From the NCBI RefSeq assembly GCF_006345805.1, contig NC_043006.1, forward strand, positions 61,070,001 to 61,134,000: 64,000 nucleotides of DNA, in the 5' to 3' direction. This document shows positions 26,743 to 41,200 of this stretch, piece after piece. Origin of the DNA: Octopus sinensis. Lineage: Eukaryota. The notes below the pieces were generated by a model. It ran no database searches and was not told the DNA's origin. It worked only from the letters and a program-made list of their open reading frames with translations. How positions within the stretch are numbered: position 1 is the stretch's first letter; each line of letters opens with the position of its first letter. Both the position numbers and the translations under genes were made by a program.

Positions 26743-27599
26743 TGTGTGTGATATAAATATATATTCATCCTGAAAGTACGACTATATCTCTCGTTCTCTC
26801 TTACACTTTCTCCCCATCATTCCGCACGATTTTACGCCGTAATGTATGAAACATACGATGACTTCATTTAATAAAAGTATGTCAGTTGTGTGACAGGCTT
26901 CTGTACAATAAGTGCAAAAAAGAAAACTATCTACCACATACGTATATGACTGACAAAATAACCCCAAGTTCATGACGCAGCATTCCAATGACTGAAACAA
27001 GTAAAAGGTTAAAAAATTATTTTTTAAGCTACATAGTGTTGATCTCACACAATATGCTCTTCTCTAAACATTTCTACTACGAAACATTATAAAATGCGCA
27101 AGATTTCAAATAAGATATTTTCTTTCTCCTGAAGCTTCTATGTTTTTTCAAGAGAAAACTATTTAAAATCTTTAAAAAGTTGAATATATTCGAATTTTAC
27201 ATGTACAAAAATCTGCCTTGGAATAAACTCTGAAACGATTATCTATATGTCTTGAATTTATATCTAGACTAACGACTTATACATGTAACTGCATAGAGTT
27301 AATATGCCCGTGCTACGTAAATAAGATCACAGCATTCCTTACAAATAATAGACAGTAAACACACCCAATGAATTATAAAATGAAGAAATAAAGAGAGAGA
27401 ACATGAAGTGCGAAAAGCCTAGTTATTTTGACTCTTTAATGTATTTTCATACATAATTGGCATAAAATATCCCATATATACACACATACATGCATACATG
27501 GAATGAACAGGCCTTAATCACACTCTCAGAATTGTTTCTGTGTACTGGTAACAGTTGTTAATTGCTGAGTTTTCCATATGATAGTATTATATAAATATT

Positions 27600-27812
27600 G
27601 ATTTCAAATGTTGGCTCCATGCCATGAATTTGGGTGGTAGGGTAAAGTCGATAATATCGAACTCAGAAATCAACTGGTACTTTTTTATCGACCCTGAAAG
27701 GATGAAAAACAAAGTCGATTTCGGCAGACTCTTAACTCAGCTCGTAGAGACGGATGAAATGCCGAAAAAACTTTACTCGCAGTACTAACGATTCTACAAG
27801 CTCACTGTCTTA
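27600..27812 (-). mobile_element. tRNA-derived SINE (Meta-domain-like)
   Basis: Minus strand gagttaagagtctgccgaaatcgactttgtttttcatcctttcagggtcgataaaaaagtaccag, the same family as 6035. Confidence 0.7.
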
Positions 27813-28465
27813 CTTATATATAAATATTGTAAAAACTAATATGGCCCTGCAGTAGCTGTGTACCCGCTCATCGTCAGATCAGTGGCTTTGAGAACACTAA
27901 TGGAACACGTCCAGTTTCCCATTGTTTTATACCTGTATTTTATTTTTAGCATTCCCCTGATAAAGAGTATCACATAGACTCAAATAGACGTAAGTCATAA
28001 AAACACCAAACAATTTACCAAAATATAAATAGACCAAACTTAGTCGTTGGAAATAAAAATTACAAGCATGAGTATAGATTATTCAAACCTAAAATTCAGT
28101 CTTATTGTAGCGTAAATGTCTCATTTTTATGAAGATAGATTAACACTAGGATGTTAAGATATAGAATAGAAGTATTCGTTACGTCATATGTCTCTAAATG
28201 TTTTTCGTTAAAGGACCTGTTATCATCTTATCATCCCAGCAGGATACCAACTTCTATGTGAGTCCGCTTGTAAATCTTAATTCCAGATGTCCTATTCACA
28301 TCAAAACTGCTTACAAATTCATAAATAGAATCTATCGCACGGGAAGAGGTTTATTGGTCTACACCCGCATAACATGCATATGCACATCAACTTGGTATGT
28401 ACACAGATATAAATATATCCAAACACGCACACACATGAGGCGGTACGTGAAATAGTATATTACGC

Positions 28466-28530
28466 GGTGGTGCCCCAGCATGGCCGCGGCCTTCGGGTTA
28501 AAACATTTTTAAGGATTTAAGGATTTTAAG
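28466..28530 (+). mobile_element. Isolated LINE/SINE 3' tail
   Basis: ggtgccccagcatggccgcggccttcgggttaaaac followed by (tttaagga)n. The motif is shared with 3172 and 59855. Confidence 0.65.
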
Positions 28531-30046
28531 GAAGCCTTGGCCAACGAAAATGCTGCCTGTCTGAATTGCTTTCACTCTCGTCAACCACACGACACCTTTC
28601 GCTATGGCCACCAAGCAGAGAAAAGTTGCCTGCCTTTTCCGGTCAAGGGAAGGAGATGGGACAATCTTGATGAGGGACTCAGTTCACAACCGTGTCCCTG
28701 CCACACGCGACAGTAGATGTTCTATGTAAACCCGTAGACCCGAAATCAACGGACACTGTACAATAGCATGCAGAACAGATTCGTTGATTTGTTCGCATAT
28801 CGGACCTGTCGGTGTATCTTCACATCTGTTCCTGAAGAGTTTATCGCAAACAGGCAGAGCTTCTCGACAGCACTGTTTGGCTAGGGGTCTCTGGTAGCTA
28901 TCTATGGGTGTTGACCCAAAATTCCTCTGAAGCAGTCTGGTGAGTTGACCGTCATCGAAACCCAGGGTCTTCCCCAGGACATCGTCGCACTTGCCAGCCA
29001 CTATAAAAGAACGAGATGGAACCGCGCCGTTCGCATTGCCCGTTCGCCAGAGAAGCGAGAGAGCAAGACAGCACTCAGCTGGCAAAGCGCCCAACCAGGG
29101 TCTACGCGTGATCCACGAGTTCAGTTAATTAAATAAGTTGAACTATGGGAAGACGAGTTTCACGAAGGGCGGCCTCCACATTTTAAAGCTTGATTTGTCT
29201 TAGCCTTAGCGCATGTCTGCGTATTTTCAGCCAAGGCATGCACAGCTGTCCATTTAGAAGTAGATGACAGTAAATAAAGCGTCTTGCTCACAAAAATCTG
29301 AAGAGTAGACGCTCCAGCTTGACCAGACACGAATCTGGGCAAAGCACCACGGTTAGAAGGTAGGTGATGCTTGATGCGTTAAGCACATTTGCTACCTCCG
29401 CCCTACCATTTAGAGACAGCTTCCTCTTGCCCTATTTCTGGGTGAGATTAGCCCCCCTGCTCGTAATTTCATCCCAGTTCCTCTCTATTTGGAGGTCCGT
29501 ACCGAACCAGACTTCGAGCAATTTCAGCGAGCAATCTGTCCAACGACCTACAATACAGGTAGGTGGTCTTGGACCAGCCTCTCCAGGTGCTGAGCTGCAG
29601 CCCGACCGCCTTATCACAGTGTATTTTTGCCCCTGGTACCCCTTCGTACTCCCAAATAGTATAACCTACTAGATGCAGGTGTCTGTCACAGGATACGATG
29701 AAGGTGGTGTCGACCGCATAAATGTTACAGTCATTCCGCACCATAGATCATGCGGGACGCCTCTTAGGACTCCAGTTTCTAGAGTAATGGCTCGATGGTC
29801 AAAGCGTACAGAAGGGATGATAGGTGATATCCTTGGTTGAACGAACGCACGATGCTGAACGGCTCCGAAAATGGCCGTTAATCCGAACTACCGCGTATAA
29901 GGCGGTGATCCCACCGCAGTAGGCCAGGCCAAGCCCAACCGCTTCAAGAACTGCTGCCAGATAGCGATGGTCAACGCTATCGAATGCTTTAGACTGATCT
30001 AAATGCATCAGTTCCTCACCCATGCCAGGATTATTAACCAGCTTGT
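28531..30046 (-). mobile_element. L1/Tx1-clade non-LTR retrotransposon relic (RT to C-terminal Cys/His region)
   Basis: LDQSKAFDSVDHRYLAAVLEAVGLG..VRINGH, LLEVWFGTDLQIERNWDEI and CEQINESVLHAIVQCP in a GC-richer block with frameshifts. Confidence 0.85.
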
Positions 30047-31648
30047 CTAAAACGATAAAGATAAAAGATAAACATAATATTTCAACTGTGTATTTTTTTT
30101 CTTTTGAGGCTTCGCAACAGATCTGTGATTCATGTACACTGTCTCTTGAATGTGTTGGGAAATGAAAGCCTGGAGACTGTATGAAATTATCAGTATAAAA
30201 TTATGGGACGGTATTAAATTATCTGTATGCATATATATGTGTGTGTGTGTGTGCGTGTGTGTGTGTTTGTGTGTGTATTTTTTCTGATGCATCAAGAAGA
30301 CACTTCAATAATCCTTTCGAAATACCGTCATACAGTCATGTTATATTACTGGATATTTCATTTTATTTTTTGCGCATATTTTTATTTGTATTTCATTGTG
30401 TCAATCCATATGTGGAATTTGTTAGTTGGATATGTGGAACATCTTTTAAACAGAGATATATGTGGATTAACTTACAGTTTGTTTGTATATCTAAACTATT
30501 TCTTATAAAGTATAAATGTTACGATGCATAAAATTAAGTATTATACGAAAATAGTACGAAACTTTTTCATGCATATTCATATGTTGAATGTGGAAATGAA
30601 AATAGTTCCTTCCTTCGGACATAAAATATACCTCTATATATATGTGTGAGCTAAAATATGATCAGATTCATATAAACAGTTCTCTGTTGTATAAATCTGC
30701 ACTATTTAAAGTAGAGATAGAGAAACTTATTATCATGAAGATTGATTAAAAACTATAACAATTCCCAACGATAAAACTTTAACAATGTTTTGATTTATCT
30801 TGACGTGGACTGAGTTTTTTGTTTGTTTATTACGATTACTTTTTGTTATAATTTAGTTGTATTGTACTTTTTATAACTAAAACGAAGAAATAAAAGTAGA
30901 TAGTCTAGACCTGGTAGTTTTGTGTCTTTATTGATTTGAATATTTCATTTTGTTTAAAACTTTTAATCATAAATAAAGTTTGGTCAATACTTTGAATTTG
31001 TTGAAAAACTTCTTATGCGAATGATGTTTATCAAGTAGATGATAACTTTGAGTTCATTCTCTACTAGACATTTCAATTTCGAACTTGGAATTTTTAAAAT
31101 TACAAGTCACATTTTTAGAAATACCAAAAAAAAAAAAAAACAACCTCTATTATCAACATTTTAGTGTTTTCTTGTTCTGATTCTTGTATTGTCTTGTGTT
31201 TTTCCTGTCTCTGGCTCATCATTCGTTGTTGATGGAAGAGGCAGATTCGATAGGATGGTGTGACTGCGCTATTGTACTGCTTGTTGTTTTTGATATGATT
31301 ATTTATATTATTGCTGCAGCTGAGTTTGTCATAACATCATTAACATAACAATCCAATGCGGAAGCGTTATTGTGATTGCCATCAGTATCATTGTTATTAA
31401 AAAATATCATAATCCATACACTTGACACCACAGTTCCCATTGTTATCATCGCTAACACTATTATTCTCAACATTATTGTATCTACCACATGGAGTCTCAC
31501 AGAAAGACGAGAGGAAGAAGCCACTCGCCAGGATACATAAATATTCATTCATATGTTGGTATTATGTACTTGAATTTAGTACTTGTTTGCTATCGATTTT
31601 CCTATTTTAGCAATATCATCTCATGCATATACATATACACACACGCAC

Positions 31649-31705
<57 letters not shown>

Positions 31706-31711
31706 TCGCCA

Positions 31712-31898
31712 TAATAGATCGCTAGCCACTACACGTTCTTAATTTTTTCTCCTTGTTTCTTTCTGTGTCTTTCTGTGGAAGAGCGAAGGCTCGAAACGTT
31801 AAAGACTTTTTCACTTCCCGAGCGTTATACTAATACATTTGTTTGTTGTCTACAATATATGTCTTCATCTTTAATTTTTTTGTGAATTCTCCCCCCCC
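31712..31898 (+). mobile_element. ~200-bp non-coding element with minimal hammerhead motif (subfamily B, copy 2)
   Basis: 31767-31806 reads GTCTTT-CTGTGGA-A-GAGCgaagGCTC-GAAAC-GTT-AAAGAC, with a perfect 6-bp stem I. Confidence 0.8.
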
Positions 31899-33694
31899 CA
31901 TATATATATATATATTATATATATATATAACTCACCACCTACATCTTAGCTAAATATATATTATATATTTGGCTATTTCTCTACAAATTTGGATGATCAT
32001 CACAAGTACCAGTTTGCTTGGAAAAGGAATATATTTATCAGAAGCCTGCTTTTTCCCCTTTACAAAGGAAGCCGTGTATCTTTATGTTATTTTGAATATA
32101 ATAATTCATGAAGAACCGACGAAGTGTTCATTATGATAGATTAAGATTTTGTGACTGTTGCCTTTTGCACATTGATCAAACATATTTTAGCGGAGAACTG
32201 TCCCTCAAACCATACGCTAATGTCATAAATATAAAACATTATAGATATTTTCCTAGATTACCTGCATGTAGGAAAAAGATGAGATGGCCACGGATGAATT
32301 GTTTTCTTTTTTAAATATGTTGTGGCGATCACGATTCACATGAATTTAATTAACAGCAACAAAGCAACTAAGATCTCAGCCAACGAGACACCACACACGT
32401 GGTTATTGAACCTGTTAGAAATGGTAACCACCTTGCTCTCAAATCACAGCCTATTGTTTAAAATGATAAGGAAGATATATGGGGATAGGTAATCTGAGAG
32501 GGACACTGAAAAAAGAAACGAAACATTAGCTACAATAATTCTGATTAGAGATCTCTTCAGTCAGATGTAATTAGTAGTTAAACATCAGCGTCATAACAAT
32601 TAAGATTTTAGGATTTTCTGTACTCAGGCAGACAAAAACAAAATCATCTCATCTTTAACTGTTATTTTAGCATTTATAAATTATTACACGTTCAGCATCT
32701 TCACTGTTTCGCAGATTAGATGAGCAGATTTTGATAAAACACAAAAATTTGTTTATTTCTTCATATAAATTTATATAGTTTAGAGAATAATATCAACCAA
32801 TCGTTGTTTAGTAATGTTACAGATTTCCAGCAGAATAGTCGCCAGTTCCAACTTTACTAGCTTCTAACAAATTTCAACTGAAAATTCCAGTGCTATAGTC
32901 TTTCGGGCATTACTTAGATACACAGCAAAATATTCTGATATCTATGTTATTTCACAAAGTCTCCTTAAAGCGGACATTCACAAAATTCTCTCAGTAACTC
33001 GTATGTTCTTCTATGATGTATATCATGACTTTTCGATATACGAGATTCGATTTATAGAAAAGTGATATATGCACGAAAAGAAGAAACATGTAGAATGCAA
33101 ATTAAAAACATATCGGATGCAGATTACATCGATAATCAACTGGACGAGAGTTCCTCCTGGTGTTAAGAACGACAGTAACGTCGGTTCCTAGAGAGAAGCC
33201 ATGTTAAAGTGACGATATACATTACTTTTCAGTATAGTCACTAATTTCATCACTTATAGAGATTTCCTAAATTGCTACTATTTTTTGCTGCAACACCAGT
33301 GACTGGTTGCCACTTATTTTTCTATATATTGCGAGCGGGAGAGAACTAGTACTATCTCTGTCGGATGGGTGTCCACCACTGAGGATGAACACAAATACCA
33401 TGAAATCGCCGGCCGGGTGATACCAATATTAATGCAGTATTTCATAATTAATTTATGCAAATGACTTGTGTCTAATTTACAATTAATGCAGAGAAGAGGT
33501 GGGTAGGAGTGAAAAGAGGAAGCATGTCTCAGATGAAGAGAGGTAGTAGGTGTCGTGTTATAACAAAGTAATAATTGAAATGTTGTGTAGTGCATTTGGT
33601 GTCTATTTCTAGCGTACAGGCGTTGTCACTTCAGAAGCCTTTAATATTATTATATTTTTATAATTGTAATTACATATAATAATAATAATAATAA

Positions 33695-33758
<64 letters not shown>

Positions 33759-33763
33759 TAATA

Positions 33764-33799
<36 letters not shown>

Positions 33800-33811
33800 T
33801 AATAATAATAA

Positions 33812-34467
<656 letters not shown>

Positions 34468-34624
34468 GACACTAACAACAAATGAATGAGACCTCGATAT
34501 TAGCTAAATAAAGAATATTTATATATATTATAATTTAAAATAAACAGTAAAATGTTGTCATTCAGAGTTTTGAATGTCAGAGCGAAGAGGCACCATGCAT
34601 TCTCGTTGGCTATTAATGGGAACA

Positions 34625-34722
34625 AACACTACGAAAAACCGTGGAATAAAAGGGAAGTTAATCAAATAGATAGATAAAGAAAGAAAAAATATAAAAAATA
34701 CACGCAAACATATTCTCACGAT

Positions 34723-34755
<33 letters not shown>

Positions 34756-35018
34756 TATATATGTATGTATATGTGTACGCAACCTCATCCTCAAATACAC
34801 ATAGGTGTTTACATGCATACACTTATTGCAATACATATATTTAGACATTTATGCATATAAATATACGCGTGCCTGTATATATATATATATATATATATAC
34901 ATACACACACACATATATATATACATGCATATATATATATATATATAATATATATATATATATATACAGAGATACATTCATACTCCCGCACACACGCACA
35001 CACACACACATATATATG

Positions 35019-35049
<31 letters not shown>

Positions 35050-35936
35050 TATATATATATGTATACACACACACACAAATATATATATATGTAAGACACA
35101 TACATATCTTTACATATATACACCCTCCTATCACACACCTACTCCCGCACGTATGCAAATATATGCATATCTTTATTAATGAAGGGGACGTGTGCAAGAA
35201 AGTCGCACTTATGCACCGGAAACAATCGTGAACTCTTATATATACATAATGCACATACACATATATACATACGAATAGACACCACTACATGTTTAAATTC
35301 AAGAACTGAACTTTTTGGTTGATGTCTATACGTGACAAAAGATCTGTTACGGTTGTGGTCCACACACGATCACGGCTAGAATCTTACTATGTACAGCCTT
35401 CCCATATGTCTTAACGTCTTTTAAAATTTTAATTTTTATCTATAATTTTTGATATATATTTCATTGTTTTCCTTTCAAATTGTGTGAATGTGTACGTGTG
35501 TGAAAATATATATATGTATGTATATATTTATTTACATGTGTAAGCGTGTATATATGTCTATGTGTATATGTATGTGAGTGTAAGACTGTGCCCGGTGCAT
35601 AAGTGCGACTTCGATGCACATATACCCTTCATTTATACGTATATGAATACGGTTGTGTATGTGCGGGTGTAGATGTTTTAGGCGGGTATATATGTGTAGA
35701 TATATGTACACACAAACACACACACATATATATATGTAAGTATATGCATGTATGCAGGAGTGTGAGTTTATGTCTGTATATTTGTATATTTGTATGTATA
35801 CGTATATTTGTATGTATAAATGTCTAAATATATATGTATTATGTTATGTGTATGCATGTAAACACCAATGTGCATATGAGGAAGAGGTTTTGTACACACA
35901 TACATACATACATACATACATACATACATGCATACA

Positions 35937-35971
<35 letters not shown>

Positions 35972-36212
35972 TTACACACACATATGTAGGCGTGTAGGTG
36001 TGGCTATGTGTATTTGTATGAGTACGTACATACACATATATGTTTGTGTGTATATGCATGTATGTATACATGATTGCGTGAGTATGTACGTTTGTAGACG
36101 TTGTCTATTGTTGTGGGAATATGGTTGCGTATATTTTTTGCCTGTCTTCATTTTTTTCTTTTTCTCCATATTAGAGTGACTTCCCTTTTATTCAACGGTC
36201 TTTCATAGCGTC
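34625..36212. repeat. ~1.6-kb degenerate inverted repeat
   Basis: Unique anchors pair symmetrically: 34630-34720 with 36110-36210, 34781-34867 with 35801-35889, and 35170-35225 with 35583-35632. The spacer is about 35280-35510. Confidence 0.85.
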
Positions 36213-36344
36213 TTATTCTTTTGTTTTTGGTATATGCACAGAAGTGCGAATTTCAAACCTCGTTTGGTGTCCTTAATATTGAAATACCTTGAATAAAATG
36301 AATCCTACAAATAATTAACAATATTACGTTTGTGGTACTAATTT

Positions 36345-36445
36345 TAGTGCCACTGCGTGGCATCATGAGCAGATGTCTTCTTCTACAGCCTCGGGCCGAC
36401 CAAAGCCTTCAAAGGGGATTTGGTAGACCGAAACTCTTGAAGAAC
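36345..36445 (+). mobile_element. SINE fragment
   Basis: ccactgcgtggcatcatgagcagatgtcttcttctacagcctcgggccgaccaaagcc..ggatttggtagac, the same family as 2808 and 7057. Confidence 0.75.
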
Positions 36446-36469
36446 TTTATGTGTGTGTGTGTGCGCGCG

Positions 36470-36841
36470 CCGTGGCACTCCGCTGGTTACGACGGCGAGG
36501 GTTCCAGTTGAGCCGATCAAGGGAACAGCCTGCTCGTGAAATTAACGTGCAAGCACTCCACCAACACGTATATCCTTAACGTAGTTTTCGGAGAGGTTCA
36601 GCGTGACGCAGTGGGTGACAAGGCTGGCTCTTTGAAATAGAGATATAGCAGAAACAGGAAGAAAGAGTGAAGGTTGTGGTGAAAGAATACAGCAGGGTTC
36701 GTCACCAACCCCTGCCGGTGCCTGTTGAAGATTTAGGTGTTTTCTCTCAATAAACACTCACAACGCCCGGTCTGGGAATCGAAACTTCGATCCTATGACT
36801 ACGTGTCCGCTGCCCTAACTACTGGGTCATTGCGTCTCCAC
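36470..36841 (-). mobile_element. tRNA-derived SINE
   Basis: The minus-strand head gtggagacgcaaTGACCCAGTAGttagggcagcggac...GTTTCGATTCCcagacc has pol III A- and B-box-like motifs. Confidence 0.75.
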
Positions 36842-36860
36842 GTTTCTGTGTTTATATATA

Positions 36861-36906
<46 letters not shown>

Positions 36907-36915
36907 ATATATAAA

Positions 36916-36975
<60 letters not shown>

Positions 36976-37817
36976 GAAATGATAACATTATGCATCGTGA
37001 GCTCTGTGTTGCTATATCAATAAATCTGATTCGAGTAAAGATCAAATGCGTTTACGATTCTATTTGTATCATCGTGTGAATAGGGTTACAACAGAATATC
37101 ATTGAGAACATATACGTTCTGAAATCTGTTCGATGCATAAGGAAACACACCAAGAAACTTATGACTTTGAATCGCAAAATTTGAAAATAAACGTTCATAA
37201 TATTAAGAGTTTATTCCATAGATGAAACAGGAATTCCTGTCCTTTGAATAATTTCACCATGATTATTTTTATCCGAATAACCATATCCCCTTCACATTGA
37301 AACACGATAAGCTAGAAGAGAATTCAAAGGATACTGCTTAATTGTGTTTAGCTATATCAGAATAGAGTAACGCAGTATCTTAAAAGAAATGCAAAATAGG
37401 TTCCATCGACATTTACAGATGAGAAGTGTTTATGACAAATAATCCATCTTCTTAGTTTTTCTATTAAAGATTATTAAAAGCAAAGATCACAAGTGAAAAG
37501 GATCTCGTATCCTTCTTTCATATAAAATTCACTAAAGAATGTTCATGTGATTGATACGTTCTCAACGGAATCGCAAAGTTAGGGGCTTAATCCTACTGTG
37601 TGGCACAGAGAACCAGTGCTCTATCCATGACCAAGTTTCGTATGAAAAATTGTATGAGAAAGCAAGTAGCCAGAATCTGCTAAAAGGCTTCCCTCAGAAC
37701 CCAAAACAAGAGTACATTCACGCACGCGTACACACACACATGTATGTGTGTGTGTGTATGTATGTATGTATGTATATATGCATGCATAGATAAATACACA
37801 CACACACACACATGTAG

Positions 37818-38068
37818 TAGTGACGCATAAATTAGTGGCTTGGCTGTTGGAATCATGATCGTAAGATTGTGGTTTCGATTCTTGAAACGGGTGATGCCTT
37901 GTTTTCTTGCGCAAAATGCTTCCTTTCGCATTGCTTTTGTTCACTTAGGCAGGTAAAATGAGTATTCCTTTGACGGCCAGCGTCCGGTTCAGTGGGATTT
38001 ATATATACACCATAGAATCTTATAAACTGGCCCTTTGAGTCCATATGACTCAGGAAGAAGCTTTTCCT
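37818..38068 (+). mobile_element. tRNA-derived SINE, decayed
   Basis: B-box-like ggtttcgattctt followed by a CORE-like cttgcgcaaaatgct..gttcacttaggcaggtaaaatgagta. A related head lies at 45019-45170. Confidence 0.6.
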
Positions 38069-39130
38069 TATGTGTGTGTGTGTGTGTGTGTTAACGTAAA
38101 TTGATGGAATAAATCCTCGATAAATAACACTTTTGATTGTTATTGATTGAACGATAAATGAATGTGCAGCAATGCAGGTGCTATCTGTTGACTCTTATCA
38201 GGGCAGCAATAAAGAAATACAATGATGTATTTAAAAATATTCGATATATTCATGACAATACCCTTTTGGAAAGAGCAAACTGCTTGTGTAGGTGATAGGC
38301 CTGAATAACGGAAATTTGAATCGTAATCGTTTAAATCCAAAATTTGCCATAGAAAAGAACAACACGACAATCATTTGTTAATTTTAACATATCCCAGCTA
38401 ACTCCGTTCGCAGACCACATTTCTTGGCATGTCAGGACTAGACCAACTATTGTCTATAATGTGTACGAGTTTTCTAAGCCGAATATTGAATTGCTGTAAA
38501 AATGTAGATCCATACTTGTTACTTGTTCTGAATGCTATCTATGAATCGACCACATGTATGCTTACCTAATATCACAACAATGGTAATATTTATGAGCTTA
38601 CGTTGTGTATCATATAGAATATCATAAATACAGCAGATGTTATATAGTAAAAAAAGGCAGTGCTTAAACACAAATGCTGGAATGCACCAACATGAAAGAC
38701 TTCTAAATTAGAAGCGATCTGAAAAAGTTTCATGGCTTCGAAAACACAATCCCCATCAAAGAAACAGTACAGTGAAGCAGCAAGCTGAGAATTAACATGA
38801 TGAGGTTCATTAAATGTTAAAGGCAGGCCATTGCTTCCTGAATAGATTTATATGACATCGGTGAGTTGTTACGTGAAACCTGCTGATTTGCAAATATTAC
38901 TCGCTCACGAACCATCAAGAAACGCTAAGCACAGCTCATAAATACACCCAATATCCGCAACATTTTATAAAGAAATTTCTTTCTTTTGGAAGTTTGAACC
39001 TATGTTAAGGATATAAAGTGGTTTATTTTTTACACATTTATTTCCAGCTTGAAAATTAGGGATTTTATTTCATACTCAACAGAATAACTTTCCAAACAAA
39101 GTACATTGCGCTAGTATGTATGTATAAAAG

Positions 39131-39164
<34 letters not shown>

Positions 39165-39499
39165 TGTATGTATGTATGTATGTATGTACGTGTGTATGTC
39201 ATTATTCAGTTTTAATTCAAGATTTCTTGCCAATAAAGAATGAGCCGGCCACTAACCTAAATCGAAGGCTCTTTCATTGGAATTTCAACATCAACAATAG
39301 TGTGTTCTTGTATGTACGTACGTATGTATGTATGTATGTTTGTATGCATGCATGTATGTATGTATGTATGTATGTGTGTATGTATGTATGTATGTATGTA
39401 TGTACTATGTATGTATGTGTGTATGCCTGCACATATGTATATGTGCAGATTTGTATTGTTTTATGATTCTTTTCTCATGCATATATTTGCATATATAGA

Positions 39500-40790
39500 C
39501 ATGCTGATATATATCTAAATGATAAACTTCTGGAAAATTTACAGATTTTTACTGTTCAAGTGATTATTTGGATATATAGTCTTCGAATTAGCTTTCTTCT
39601 TTATGGTTTTGAGAAACCTAATTTCTCAAGATCGGTATTTAGGCAGTGTGTTACATATACCAGGGACCTCATAATTATAGGTATAATCCTGAATTTGTAA
39701 TCTGGATAGAGTGGCTGCAGATTTCTCAATAGTTCTGCGTATGTGTTCTTTTTATTTCAGTGATTCTCAGCTTTATGTTACCATCCGTTGGGCAACTAAT
39801 TTCCACAGTTGGGCAACTAATGTACACAAGTTCTCTTCTCGATCCCAAATCATTATATCAAGTCTATTGTATTTACATTTTATTGAGGTCATCACTGGAA
39901 CATTCCACCAGTACTCCTTTTTATTATGAGTGATTATGGCTTCTACCATACTGTGGGTTCTTATGTCTTTCTCGTCGGGGTTATCCTTCCAACGAATTTC
40001 CTTATAGAGTGTCCTAATTACAACATCATGTCTCATCGGTAGATAACACCGTGATGATATTTTCGGACAACTGCTTATGATGTGGGTGCTAACGCTACAA
40101 AGTATGCATCTGTTGTCACATTTTACTGCTTTCCCGCATCGCTATCCCTTTTGTGCATCAGGTATTTGGTTGATATTTCCTGTTCCTGGAATGCAAACGC
40201 ATAACCTTCAAAGTGGGAGGTAGTATCCCTTCTATTGGTCCATGATAAACTGTTTTGATGATCAATACTACTAAATTCATGGAGCTTTCTTGTAACATAT
40301 CAATACATAGTCTTCTGCTCACTTATGCTTATCCTTTCATCTGATGATACCTCGCGGTAGGGTCGTGCGACTTCTTTCAGCAAGTAAGGTTGTCAGACAA
40401 GGAATGCTGCTCAAGGAGGTGCCTTCCAAGTCTTATGATGTTATCAGCGTCATGTATGCAAATTTGGTCAAGGAATGCACTTCGACAATTGGTGATGAAA
40501 ATATGTTACTAAAAGGATATGATACGCCGTTCAAAGACAGTTTGGATCGACGTTAAGCCTCTGCTGCTTTGTTTTCGTTTTAGGTAGAGACTTTCTATGT
40601 CACTGTTTATGCGAAAATCACGTGTGCGTGTTAATATTTTGTTGGTTTTCACGTCAATGGCTCGAATCTCATCAAGGGTCCGATGAAGCAACCCAAATTT
40701 TGGTATGAGTACACGCAGTTCAAACACTTTACTTCTCACTTTAGTAGAGCGCACAATGCAGTCTGCATTAATTCGTACAATACTACGCTA
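39500..40790 (-). mobile_element. Second RLE-type (R4/Dong-like) non-LTR relic
   Basis: Minus translations VLIPKFGLLHRTLDEIRAIDVKTNKIL..SDIESLYLKRKQSSRGL, FEGYAFAFQEQEISTKYL, CILC and MRHDVV..EYWWNVPVMTSIKCKYNRLDIMIWD. Confidence 0.85.
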
Positions 40791-41146
40791 TAGTGTATTC
40801 AGCAGTCAATAGAGTGTTGCGTAGATTTCTGCCAAATTTGCCACACCTCTCTGTTAACATTCTGTCCGAGTTCTTAGGTTTAAGAATAAAGACAAAACAG
40901 ACCTCACTTCCACACCAGCAACAACACATGACCTATGTGGGCCTATAGAGGCATAACATATAGAAACATTTTTGAATTTGCTTCAAATCTCTAACACTTC
41001 TCCAGATATGACTGAGTCTTGATCCTAGTCATATGGAGCTGAGTCAAACTAAATTATATGTATAACTGATTGTAGTATATTGTTCACTCCATTGCTTGCG
41101 ACAGTGACTAACAGTCGCAAGTATTTCAAGTAGAAGAAAACCTGAG

Positions 41147-41200
<54 letters not shown>

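Noticed and set aside
36740-36841. tRNA-like sequence with A/B boxes
   Set aside because: No full cloverleaf, and it continues into a SINE body, so it is a SINE head rather than a tRNA gene.
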